64,000 nt of DNA from Octopus vulgaris (Eukaryota). This document shows, in pieces, positions 27,201 to 40,132 of the stretch (positions are counted from its first letter, which is position 1; each line of letters begins with the position of its first letter). The position numbers were made by a program, and so were the translations under genes. The stretch is taken from contig OX597814.1 of NCBI GenBank assembly GCA_951406725.2, positions 145,142,001-145,206,000 on the forward strand. Direction: 5' to 3'. Under the pieces are notes generated by a model that worked only from the letters and a program-made list of their open reading frames with translations, made no database searches and was not told the origin of the DNA.

Positions 27201-28509
27201 TCAAGAAGCCTTTTCCTTGTAACGCCTTAGGCTCATAGTATGGACCCTAGCAAGGATAAAAAAAGAACAACAATAATTGTAACAGACATAAAACTAAACA
27301 TGCTAGTGGATTATAGTTGGTTAAATTGACCTGTGGGGGATTTAATTTTGTAACAGTTATGTCTGCCGTTTTTAAGATTCTAATTTTTATAGAATGTAAC
27401 AACAAAATCGATTATCGTATAATAATGATATCAGGCTCTATAGTCAATGCCACATACACAGTGTCAAGGGTATAATCGATGTGCATGATCCCATATAATA
27501 CTTAAATGAAAATTATTTTACTGACTCCGGAACGATGACGGACAAAGTTTATATCCGCCTGATTTGAACATAAATCGCAGAGACTTAAACAGATAATCAC
27601 AATAAGTATTTGTCCTCCGATCTACCGACTCTTCTTGTAGCTCAGCTCGCTATATGTTTATAGAAGAGCTTCAATGTGAAAATGTAAGATGCGTTCAAGC
27701 TAATTCTTATTAATTTAATCTATAGTTCTGTAACATGGAAATTTATCTTTAACTATGTTATCTTATATCTCGCTGTTCAGCTATTATATCAGTTGGAAAA
27801 TTGAACAAAAAGAACAAAAGCAGATAAATGTTCTTTTATATCTAATATGATGCTTGCGCATCACTCTGATTATTTTCCTTATTTCATTTTCTACAATAGT
27901 AAAATGGACTATAAAAAATATATATAAAATATGGAAAAATTTCTTGTGCAAAAGTGATTGTATCAGAAACAGCATATACAATGGCGTATGATATCTATAT
28001 TTATAACAATGGAGAAATCGATAAATAAAGTTAAGCTAAGACTAACTTTTTTTTCAAAATCCAAATATCTATGGGGCGGGTATTTATCTCTGGATTTCGT
28101 TGCAGCTGTCAAATAGATCTCTTCATGGATAAAGATATTGCTTTGTCGTAGGCAACTTTCCTGCCGGATAAATTGAACTCAACTTTGCAAAGACAACGTG
28201 TCACTCATCAATTCAACATTGTGTACAGCATAACAGTAGTACTACTATTAAAGAGTTCGTTTCACGATGAATTCTTTCTGAGTTTGGTAACGTGGCGAGG
28301 TGGTAAGTATCCTTTTGTTTAACCTGGTGTTGACTAATACTATGTATTATTTCATTCAGCAAACAGAAAGTGTAAAGCTATCGTACACACACACACACAA
28401 GAAAAAACACATATCACACGCACAAGAGTATATCACACACACATGAATTTTGTGATTAAGAATGAGGGAGTACTTAATATATGTTATTAAGGGTATAGTT
28501 TACTTAAAC

Positions 28510-28980
28510 CGAAATCTTTTCTCATGAAGCAAGTTTCACGCCACAGATGTTATCAGAGCAACTTTTATTAAGCAAACTTATGATCATAGTTATTCTAGGT
28601 ATGACCAACTCATTTTCGAGGCTTAAATTGGATTGCAATAATATGATCCGTCTTATAGAAGACGCCAGAGTTCCTGCTCTTTTCATTGCGACGGCTAACG
28701 CTGCAGGCTTTACTGAAAGCAAGCTGTATTGACGTGTGTTTTTCTCTAAGGCAAATCGATGGTGTGTAAAAGGAGAGACAGGCTTCCATGTATTGGAAAC
28801 TATTTTCTTCCATAAAAAAACTCAAGCCTATTAGAGAGAAACTATCCAAGTGTAGATCTATAAATTCGGAGGTACCTGAGTAGTTCAGCAAATAAAATAG
28901 AAATCGATAAAATAACCGTTGAAGGTAGTTGATCTCTAATAACCGAAAAAGTGTAAATATAAAAGAACGCCGTCGTATGG
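28510..28980 (-). pseudogene. Very old RTE-like RT C-terminal relic
   Basis: Minus frame SVSRRNEKSRNSGVFYKTDHII ... RK*VGH ... KLL**HL resembles the RTE GVSRR ... W.GH ... W region; heavily decayed. Confidence 0.35.
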
Positions 28981-31900
28981 TACACACTTCGAACCAGATG
29001 GAATTGACTGTTTGGCGTTAAGCCTATCGTATTATCGTCTCATTTTTGAGACGATAATACTATAGGAAGCTCAAAACATTTTGCCATGTGTGATAGTCAT
29101 TTGACTCGGTCATTTATACTCTCTAAAAGATGTTATATATATGTGAGTTTAGATAACTTAATCCTATCGTATTTCTACATAACAGAAACTACTTTGTTTA
29201 GTTGCTATATTCCAGTCGTTGTCCTTGTTTATTTCCAGATCAGATCTGATTGAGGCATGCTGGGATGAAAAGCGTTTTATACACTTAGTGTATCTAGGAC
29301 TGCATTGTCCAATGTATCACGTTTTTGTTAAGACACCGGGGTATGCTGTAATGCTACTTCCAGCAGATCGTGTTACCGCGAACAACATACCTCGTTGCTT
29401 TTCTACTATATTCCATGAATCATATGAAGAAGGAAGTTCTGACATTTAAACTTATTTTAAACGTAGGTAGTGGATCTCTGATAAGGCTGGGTGTACTTTT
29501 GAAACTCAAACAAGCCTTGCTTGGAGTTTTCCTACTAATCTGAGTCATTCTCTGCATATAACCTGTAATATTATGAATAATAACTTTTGAGTAATAAATG
29601 TTATGTTCAGTGTTTTTAATATTTTTTCTTTTCTATTGGGCGATAATGTAATCAAAAAGCTTGTAATATCTATTGAGTTATGTGTCATAAATGTTGAATT
29701 TTATAGAATTATAATCATATATGCTATGATATTTTTTACGATTGCTGCCATTTTTATGTGTACATTTTGCAGTAATTCTTATATAAACTTGTATTGTTAT
29801 CTGTTATATTCTGGCAAGCACTAATTTATTTGTTAACATCGTATTATATTTGATTTGAAATTCAAAACATGTCGGTGTCACACGTTACGAAATTACGGAT
29901 CAGTTAAGTTAGATTACAAGTTCTCAAAAATGGTTTACTCTGGAGTGAGTGAAAGAATAATTGCATTTCTTGTAACATAAATCTTATATATCTCAAACAC
30001 GAGACAACGAGAGGAACGTCTATGTAGTCAATCCACCTAGTAGAATATCAACTAGCTCTCCTTGAAATATTTTCTTTAACGTCTTTAAACAGAAATAAAA
30101 TTAAAATAATGAAAGCCAAGCAGCAGCAACATTTTACACGAAATGAACGGGCGTTAAGAGTTACTCGACTTACTATAAATAGTAGCAAAATGTCTCTCAA
30201 AATCACACACTTATATAAAGGAGGACGCATTGTGTAATGTATCCTAGATCCACTGGCAGAAAGAAGACGTACGATAACAATTGAAATATTTTTGTAATGT
30301 TTGATTAATATTAACATAGGGCTAAACATCCATGATCAAATGAGATCCGCATGATTGTCAACGTATTGAATCTCCTTTAAGGATATTCTACTGTAAAATG
30401 GACCGGTCCACAATCTTTAGGATGCTCTTAGGCTGTACAACTAACAAAAGATTTTGAGATGTAATTCTTGAATTCAAGTTCTATGACCAGTATAGACTTG
30501 ATTTAACTTAGATTCAAGAAAATACGAATTATACAAGAGTGGGCCGCCGACCTAATATTTTATGGAATGATTCCATAAAAATCTTAGCTAATTATTTAAT
30601 AACATACTGTTCAACAACGAAGTATTTTTGTTTGAATCCCCAAATAAACTCTTCTAGAATTATTTAATAAAGCAACATTTAAAAAGCTAAAACGATGTGA
30701 TTTAAGAGTACATTTGTTTCTAGAATTCTCGGTTATCACACTACGATGCCGCCATCAGAAGAAAATCATACAAGATATTCCTAATTGTTCCATAGATCAT
30801 TCTGTCTTAAGAATCCTATTTCATATGTGAGTTCCTTATTACCCACACATCAAAAAAGAAAACACTTCAATTTTGAACTGTAGATGACTTTCTACAAAGT
30901 AGAAACTTGGTCCCCATTAAAATAAATACTTATATATCTTTGGGGTATCAGCTGATGCACATACAATTATTGTAAATGGAATTTCTTTAAAAAAAAGACA
31001 GAACAACTTTCAGCTAATTGTTAATCTCATGTTTGCGAAAACGCTACAATCGCTAGCCACTCCACATGCCACAGCACCTTAAACAGATACTACAGCACTT
31101 CCTACTCATCAAAATGAGCTATTTGTGAAACCTAAGATGCATTCATCACGCCTACTTTTCTTTTCTCTTCTGTGTCTGACACCTAATCCAATACAAAACA
31201 TTTTATCAATTTCTTCTTTTGCAGAAAAAACGTTTCTGTTGTATTGTTCCTCTGCATATGTTTTACCCAAAAGCAACTCACTGGAAAAGGTTTAAGTTGA
31301 ACATTAATTGCATTGATCTCACCAGTTTAGGAAAACCTGATAAGGCTATTGGCAATGGCCATCGTTGGTGGACAAAATAATAATAACAATAACAGTAAAT
31401 ATCTGGAAAACGTTCTATTTACCTGCAGGCATTATACAAACAATATGAAATTTATTTTCCGGTAATAATTACAATGCTGGGAAAAATTAGAACAATGAAA
31501 ACCTTTTCAAATACATCGATATGGAAAGGGAAAGGAAAAGAGGAGATAAAGAGGAAGGAAGAAGGAAGGAGAAAGAAAACATAGCGAGTAAAAGGAAAAA
31601 TTAGTTTGGTATTATGTTTTTGTTTTAGAGTTTTCATGATGAGTAATTTCCATTTTTCAACGACCAGCATTTATTGAATTTTGGTTGGGGTTTTAGAAAC
31701 TAGAAAAAGGCGTCTGAACTTCCCTTGTTCATGAATTTCCGAATAATACTAATGGCGTTAATAATTAAAGCTGTTGCAACGGCAAACGTAAACTGCGCCA
31801 GAGATCCTGCATTCAAATAGAATAACATATCTACACAGCCGTAAGCATTCCTCTGTTTAACACTGTAAAAAAGTAGTGTTGTCTTTTAGGTACAATTTCA

Positions 31901-33120
31901 TAGAAAAAAACCCAATTGCATTATAACAAGTTACGAAGAACGATACAAAGCAACGATAGAGATTTCATACTGTTAGAAAAAGCAGTCAAGTCATCTCCCA
32001 AATCTCTATCTATTATCTTAGAAAAGAAGTTCGTGGCTGCTCCGTGAGCAATAAAATATGGGTGTGATGCATGCTTAGTACATATTTTATCATGTTACGA
32101 TAGATGAAAAAGAAAGTTGAAGGGGCATAGTTTTAAATTGAAAACGGAAATTAAAATTTAACGCGATAAAGCGTTTTTCGACCAATATGCCGCCATGTGA
32201 CTGTATTGCATTCAAATAACCTTTCGAATACAGAAGGAAAAATAGGAAACTAATTTTGAGTAAAAAGTAAAAAGCAGAATGATACACATTATAATGATAG
32301 GAAAATAGAAAGTGTAGTGTTAATATTTTTAGTTAAATGTTAATGTAAACGATGATTACGAGTATAATTAGTAGAGACAGTAAAATACATTTTGTGAATA
32401 CACTAGACAACAAAGATTTTGCTACTGGGGTAAAAACGTGTGTTTTAGGCTAAATCGAGGATGCTGGTTCCGAATCCATACTCAGAATTGTTCTAGCACT
32501 TTAGGAGTTTGAGTTATGCACATACGCAAGATTATAACTAAACTTTCGGTTAGATGTAGGCCGTATTATAAAATTTGCTAAAATGAAAGTGGTTACAATT
32601 CAAAATTAGGTAAATAAAAGCAATAAAACAAGCGGTGAGAAAATTCATTATTTAGTTAGCAATAGATGGCGCTGATGTATTGTGTGCAAGCACCAAATAC
32701 GTCAGTTTGTTCTTGGTAAGTCACAGTGTTGTCTGCGCTGCTGTCACATGTGGTATTTGTATCCCTCGTTCTCCATGATTACCGTTTTAACTGTGTTCGT
32801 TGTATTAGATCTTGAATAGGAGAGGCTGTGTGAATCACTCAGACAACTTTTGCTATTTCTGTGGAAAATGTACTCCGCATAACCAGTGAAAGAACATTGT
32901 CACCAAATTAAAAACTGCCTGTAAATATTATTTCGGGTGTAAAGTTGGGGACCAAGACAAGAGGTGGGCAGCTCATATATGCTGTACCTTGCGTTGCTCA
33001 TGACTTGCACAGTGACTGAATGGAAACAGGAAGGGAATGCCATTTGCTGTACCAATAGTATGGCGTGAGCCAACCAATTATGTCTCTGATTGTTACTTTT
33101 GCATGACTAATATTAATGGT

Positions 33121-33272
33121 ATTTACATAATTTACATTTGACGGATATTTGTCATCATCTTGTTTGTTGTTAACACATAGTTTCGGCTGGTATGCCCGCC
33201 AGCCTTCATCAGGTGTCTTGGGGAAATTTCGAACCTGGGTTCTCTTTCCTAAGGTATTTTTCGATTTTGTTG

Positions 33273-33316
<44 letters not shown>

Positions 33317-33378
33317 ATTCAGGTCGCTGCTTGGAATCGAACTCGGAATCTTGGGGTTAGTAGCCCGCGCTCTTAACC
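33121..33378 (-). mobile_element. tRNA-head + (AAT)n + hammerhead short element, left copy
   Basis: Minus strand: GGTTAAGAGCGCGGGCTACTAACCCCAAGATTCCGAGTTCGATTCC (partial A-box, anticodon-like arm, B-box), (AAT)n, then CTGATGA-A-GGCTGG ... CCAGCC-GAAA at 33172-33217 with a mutated cleavage triplet. Confidence 0.85.
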
Positions 33379-33410
33379 CCAAGATTCCAAAGTTCAATTC
33401 TATGCAATGA

Positions 33411-33466
<56 letters not shown>

Positions 33467-33580
33467 TCGAAAAATACCCTAGGAATGAGAACCCAGGTTC
33501 GAAATTTCCCCAAGACACCTGATAACGGCTGGAGGGTATATCAGCCAAAACGTTGTGTTAACAACAACAATTATGAGGAT
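33374..33580 (+). mobile_element. tRNA-head + (AAT)n + hammerhead short element, right (inverted) copy
   Basis: Reverse-complement homolog of the left copy; hammerhead at 33514-33559 has core lesions CTGATAA and AAAA. Confidence 0.85.
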
Positions 33581-35150
33581 GGGACCCATTCTGAAAGGAG
33601 TTAATTACTCAGTTCATAAGTGGAATATCTGGTGATTTAAAGGTGATTTCATTCCTCCTAGGACTGCAACTGGGATATACCAAAATATGTGCTTCTTCGG
33701 TGTTTGGAAGAGTCGGGACGACAGCAATCATTACACTGTAAAAGACTGGCCTAAAAGAGATGAGCGCATAGTTGGCAAAAGATCTTCCTTCCACCCCTTT
33801 ACATCAAACTCGGCCTCATGAAAAACTTCGTTAGAGCAATGACGCATGATGATTGTAGCTTCCGGTACCTAAAAGTAAAATTTGGTGTAGAGAAAAGTCA
33901 CACAAAATTGAGAGCAGACATTTTCATTGGACTCGGGATCAGATAATTGATGTCTGATACCAAAATCAGAGGTAAACTGAATCCAGTTGAGCTGACGGTA
34001 TGGAATTCATTCATGTTAGTTGTACAGAACTTGGAAATTATAGAGCTGAAAACTATGCAGATTTAATAGCGTATGAAGAATGGGATGCCGAATGTCCCTT
34101 AAAATGCACTTCTTGCATTCTCATCTCGATTTTGGTGCCGTTACTGATAAGCATGGTGGAAAGAGGACATATTTAAGATGGAAACGAGGTATCAAGGCCG
34201 GTTAAATCCAGACATGGTGGGTGACTACTGCTGGTTCCTACAACGGGAAACCAACACGACGCATAAACGCAAGAACAAGTGTCGCAAACATTTCTGAGCT
34301 GAGCATATAAAAAATAAAGTGAGTTTTCCGTCAAGGTTTAGCCATTATATTATATTAGTACTTGACTTGAACGTAAATATACTATATACAGTATTAATAT
34401 ACTATATACAGTATAATAATTATTTACCTTGAACCTAACTGTCCCTGAGACTAATATAGTATTTATATATAATTATGCGCATAACTCAAAATCCTGTCGG
34501 GCTACTGCAATTCTGAATTCAGATTCGAAATTAGCTTACTCAATTTAGTTTAGTACACCACCATTTGTTTTGGTAGCAGACATCAGGTTTTTTTGTTGGT
34601 CAGTGTAAGTTGTCAATAACACATATTAACGTGAAGACAATACTTTTATGTTCTTAGATTATAAACGTCCACCGTCTTTACTATAAAAAAAGAATTTTGC
34701 ATAAATAATTAATACAAGTCACCAATACATGACAACAATAATGGTTGGTTTGGCAAGAAGCCCGCCTGGACGTATGAGATCGACGAGGGTGAGAGTCCTT
34801 TTGAATTAGTGCTTGATGATGATGGCTCCTGATTGATTATACACGGGTAAAGAAGGGCTTACAGAAGCGAAGTATTTTGGTGATGAAATGAGCAGTGTCG
34901 AGTGAGCTGAGGAAGCTGAGGAAGATGGGAGCTGGTTCAGCAGAATAGATTCTCCTATAGTGGTGACATAAATAAAAAGGGAAGAGAATTATGTTGTATA
35001 TGTATAAGAAATGGATTTCCTAAAATTGCAATTTTCATGTTGAAATATAATTTGCAAGAATGAGGCCTAAGGTATTTTGCAGAAGACACAGGCACATTTT
35101 TATGTATTTATACATATGTGTGTGCATGTATGAATGTCTGTAAATAATAC

Positions 35151-35198
<48 letters not shown>

Positions 35199-36836
35199 TC
35201 GAAAAATACCCTAGGAATATATATATATGGATATATCAGCCAAAACGTTGTGTTAACAACAAAAATTATGAGGATGGGACCCATTCTGAAAGGAGTTAAT
35301 TACTCAGTTCATAAGTGGAATATCTGGTGATTTAAAGGTGATTTCATTCCTCCTAGGACTGCAACTGGGATATACCAAAATATGTGCTTCTTCGGTGTTT
35401 GGAAGAGTCGGGACGACAGCAATCATTACACTGTAAAAGACTGGCCTAAAAGAGATGAGCGCATAGTTGGCAAAAGATCTTCCTTCCACCCCTTTACATC
35501 AAACTCGGCCTCATGAAAAACTTCGTTAGAGCAATGACGCATGATGATTGTAGCTTCCGGTACCTAAAAGTAAAATTTGGTGTAGAGAAAAGTCACACAA
35601 AATTGAGAGCAGACATTTTCATTGGACTCGGGATCAGATAATTGATGTCTGATACCAAAATCAGAGGTAAACTGAATCCAGTTGAGCTGACGGTATGGAA
35701 TTCATTCATGTTAGTTGTACAGAACTTGGAAATTATAGAGCTGAAAACTATGCAGATTTAATAGCGTATGAAGAATGGGATGCCGAATGTCCCTTAAAAT
35801 GCACTTCTTGCATTCTCATCTCGATTTTGGTGCCGTTACTGATAAGCATGGTGGAAAGAGGACATATTTAAGATGGAAACGAGGTATCAAGGCCGGTTAA
35901 ATCCAGACATGGTGGGTGACTACTGCTGGTTCCTACAACGGGAAACCAACACGACGCATAAACGCAAGAACAAGTGTCGCAAACATTTCTGAGCTGAGCA
36001 TATAAAAAATAAAGTGAGTTTTCCGTCAAGGTTTAGCCATTATATTATATTAGTACTTGACTTGAACGTAAATATACTATATACAGTATTAATATACTAT
36101 ATACAGTATAATAATTATTTACCTTGAACCTAACTGTCCCTGAGACTAATATAGTATTTATATATAATTATGCGCATAACTCAAAATCCTGTCGGGCTAC
36201 TGCAATTCTGAATTCAGATTCGAAATTAGCTTACTCAATTTAGTTTAGTACACCACCATTTGTTTTGGTAGCAGACATCAGGTTTTTTTGTTGGTCAGTG
36301 TAAGTTGTCAATAACACATATTAACGTGAAGACAATACTTTTATGTTCTTAGATTATAAACGTCCACCGTCTTTACTATAAAAAAGAATTTTGCATAAAT
36401 AATTAATACAAGTCACCAATACATGACAACAATAATGGTTGGTTTGGCAAGAAGCCCGCCTGGACGTATGAGATCGACGAGGGTGAGAGTCCTTTTGAAT
36501 TAGTGCTTGATGATGATGGCTCCTGATTGATTATACACGGGTAAGGAAGGGCTTACAGAAGCGAAGTATTTTGGTGATGAAATGAGCAGTGTCGAGTGAG
36601 CTGAGGAAGCTGAGGAAGATGGGAGCTGGTTCAGCAGAATAGATTCTCCTATAGTGGTGACATAAATAAAGGGAAGAGAACATGTTGTATATGTATAAGA
36701 AATGGATTTCCTAAAATTGCAATTTTCATGTTGAAATATAATTTGCAAGAATGAGGCCTAAGGTATTTTGCAGAAGACACAGGCACATTTTTATGTATTT
36801 ATACATATGTGTGTGCATGTATGAATGTCTGTAAAT
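33416..36836 (+). repeat. Tandem near-identical duplication, period ~1695 bp
   Basis: Identical ORFs at 33609-33794 and 35304-35489; Chapaev3 right end present twice (34605, 36300); few substitutions and homopolymer indels. Confidence 0.95.
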
Positions 36837-36844
36837 GTAGCTGT

Positions 36845-37555
<711 letters not shown>

Positions 37556-39235
37556 ATGGCGCTGAACTAACAACAAGTGTGTTAACGTGTCTCTCCTAAA
37601 TATTAAAGAAGTCCTTCCAGAGATCGATGTTATCAGAAGCGAAATTGTCTGCAAAGCGAATATAAGTGATAGTACAACAAGTCACTGTATTTGAGAAGAA
37701 TATTTTCGCTTTTGATATAGTATTTGCAACTAGAACATACTCGCGAATACACGTGTTAAAACGCACGTGTGTTACTTCCCGAAATCGAAGTGAATTTTAT
37801 TCTTCGTCTGTGAATCAACAAGACACAGGATATTTTCGTTTTTGATGTATATCTGCGTGTTCTGAAAAAAGCCTCTGAAAAATTTGCTGCTTAATACCAA
37901 ATCGCTTAGGAAAATATAGAAAGTATCGTGAAACTGTTGCATGTGCTAAATCGAAACTCAAACCCCTTTTGTTTACAAAGTGCGCTTGGGGAGGAATATA
38001 AAAGGTATGTCTTGTCTATCTATCTTCCTTTCTTATAAAAAGGAATCACGTAAGTACTCTCTGTCAGCCGGTAAGGTAAGATATTATTTATCTTGTTATC
38101 ATTAGTGTTCTTTCAAACAGAAAATAATTAAAAAAAAAAAAGAAAAAAAGATATAAAAATATAAAAATACGCGGTATTCTATCTTTATAATCTTTATAAT
38201 TTCGTGCCTGCCACGCACTCTCTCTTTCTCTTTCTTACATTTCTATTTCTATCTCTCTCATACATTTTTATTATTTGTTATCATTAGTGTTCTTTCAAAC
38301 AGAAAATAATAATTAAAAAGATATAAAAATACGCGCTATTCTATCTTTATAATCTCTCCCTCTCTTTCTTACATTTCTATTTCTATCTCTCTCATACAGT
38401 TTATACCTTATCTGTCTCCCCATCCACCAGACCCTCTATTTCCGCTCTCACTCTCCCCTCCTCCCTCTCTCTCCCTCTGCAATCGTTTCTCTTTCTGCCT
38501 CTCTCTCAGATCAACTTTCTCTCACCTCACCCCCTCTCTCAGTTCCTCAACTTCACTCATTCTCTCTTGTATCTATATACCGCCCTCTTTCTCTCTCTCT
38601 CTCTCTGTTACTCCCCCTCCCTATCTCTGCCTCTTTCCTCTCCGCTCCTTCACAGGTCAAACCCCTTTTCCTCTTCCCCTTCTGTCCCCTTATTTCTTTC
38701 TCTACACCACCCTACCTGTCCCTTTACTACACTTTGTTGCGCCCCCTCTCTTCCTCTTCCCCCTTTTTTCTTCCTACCTTTCCTCTCCCTGTTCCCTCTA
38801 AGGCTCACCACCCCCCTGTCTCTTTTTCCTCTCTCTGTCTCCTTCCTCCACACCACCCTCTCTGTCCCTTTACTTCACTCCCTGGTACCTCTATCCTGCC
38901 CTCTCTCTCTCTCCCTCTCCATTTCATCTCTCTCTTCCTCTCCATTTTATCTCTCCGCCTTTCTTCTCCCTGCCCCCCTAGGGTCCACCCTCTTGTCTCA
39001 CTTTTCCACCCTGTCCCTTTCTACTACACCTCTATCCCGCTCACTCTCCCCCTGCTGACCTGCCATTCTCTCACCTTTCTCTTTTTTCCCTCTTATTTTC
39101 TCTCTTTCTCTCTTCTCTCAGGAAAATCCCCTCGTCTCTCTCTCTATCCCCCCTGGCTTTTCTCCTTTCTCTTCTCCCTCTCCATATCTCTCCTTCTCTA
39201 TCTCTCTCTCTGTTCCTATATTTCACTAGAAGAAA

Positions 39236-40132
39236 ATGGCAAGAAACTGGTCTGCGAGAGAGGTGCAATTGTTCGTCCGCGCTTGGAAGATCGCTGAGGA
39301 CGACTCGCCGAACGACATTATTGCTGCGGCGCTGAAAAGCAACAATTTTTCGAGAACCACCGCCCAGATAGAGCGAAAGAAGAGAGAAGTTATCCGTTCG
39401 TACACTCTAATCAGGCAACATGTGGACACCCTGGACATCATCCTGGGAGGTGACGGCAGCAGGGAGGGCCAAAAGGATGAGGAAAGCATCCAGAGCCAAA
39501 TGGAGAAGCCTGGAACACAGGGAAACGATGACACATGTCCAGCTTCCAACACCACAACTGAAGACCAAAGAGGTGCGATGGCCGCAAGAAAGGAAAGGCA
39601 CCCTGGAATTGATGGGAAGCAGGAGGTAAAGGGTGACAGAATCAAGGCTAAAGGAAGCCCTGTCCAGAGAAAGCAGAGGGACCCCAGCAAAAACTGTAAG
39701 GGCAGGGAAAGAAACACCTGCAAATTCTACCTGAGGGGGGACTTCTGGTACGGCGTTGAAGGTGCAAACTGTCGCTTTGCACATCGGAGGCCCTACCAAA
39801 ACCACACGGACGCGAGACAGAGGTCCCTCCCTCAGGGAGAACAAAAACAAAAAGTTAAAAGAAGGGAAAAAAGCGCACTGACCACTACTGAAAGACGGTA
39901 TGCAGATGTGGTGCGCGGAAACCCAACAGGTGGCCAGCTTCACCCAGATGTGAGAAGGGCGGCAGCTGAACAGCAGTCTTTTTTGTGCATGGCACAAAAA
40001 ATTGTTCAGCAGCTGACCTGGCTACAAGCACAAAGCTGGAACTACCACCACATAAGGCCACCTCCAACAGATGCAGGATGGCCACCACAGACACCAACAC
40101 CAACACACACACCACAAAAATATTTCTACTGA
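39236..40132 (+). CDS. LINE ORF1 protein (298 aa; Myb/SANT-like N-terminus, degenerate CCCH zinc finger)
   Basis: Open ORF upstream of and overlapping ORF2; WSAREVQLFVRAW ... RTTAQIERK and CKFYLRGDFWYGVEGANCRFAH. Confidence 0.8.
   Translation: MARNWSAREVQLFVRAWKIAEDDSPNDIIAAALKSNNFSRTTAQIERKKREVIRSYTLIRQHVDTLDIILGGDGSREGQKDEESIQSQMEKPGTQGNDDTCPASNTTTEDQRGAMAARKERHPGIDGKQEVKGDRIKAKGSPVQRKQRDPSKNCKGRERNTCKFYLRGDFWYGVEGANCRFAHRRPYQNHTDARQRSLPQGEQKQKVKRREKSALTTTERRYADVVRGNPTGGQLHPDVRRAAAEQQSFLCMAQKIVQQLTWLQAQSWNYHHIRPPPTDAGWPPQTPTPTHTPQKYFY

Larger units (their letters stand above)
32401..34605 (+). mobile_element. Chapaev3-type (CMC superfamily) DNA transposon, internally deleted, with nested insertion
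   Basis: CAC...GTG termini with long imperfect inverted ends (TTTTGAGTTATGCACATA / TATGCGCATAACTCAAAA); transposase motifs YFGCKVGDQDK, VWREPTNYVSDCYFC, GCRMSLKMHFLHSHLD, RYQG ... GDYCW. Family name assigned from recalled motifs; flanks ATA/TAA are not a clean TSD. Confidence 0.8.

Noticed and set aside
33330-33378. tRNA gene calls at SINE heads (also 26293, 58384)
   Set aside because: No complete cloverleaf or acceptor stem; each continues into a repeat body.
38567-39297. Leu/Ser/Pro-rich ORFs of 163 and 187 aa
   Set aside because: By-product of a polypyrimidine tract with few stop codons.
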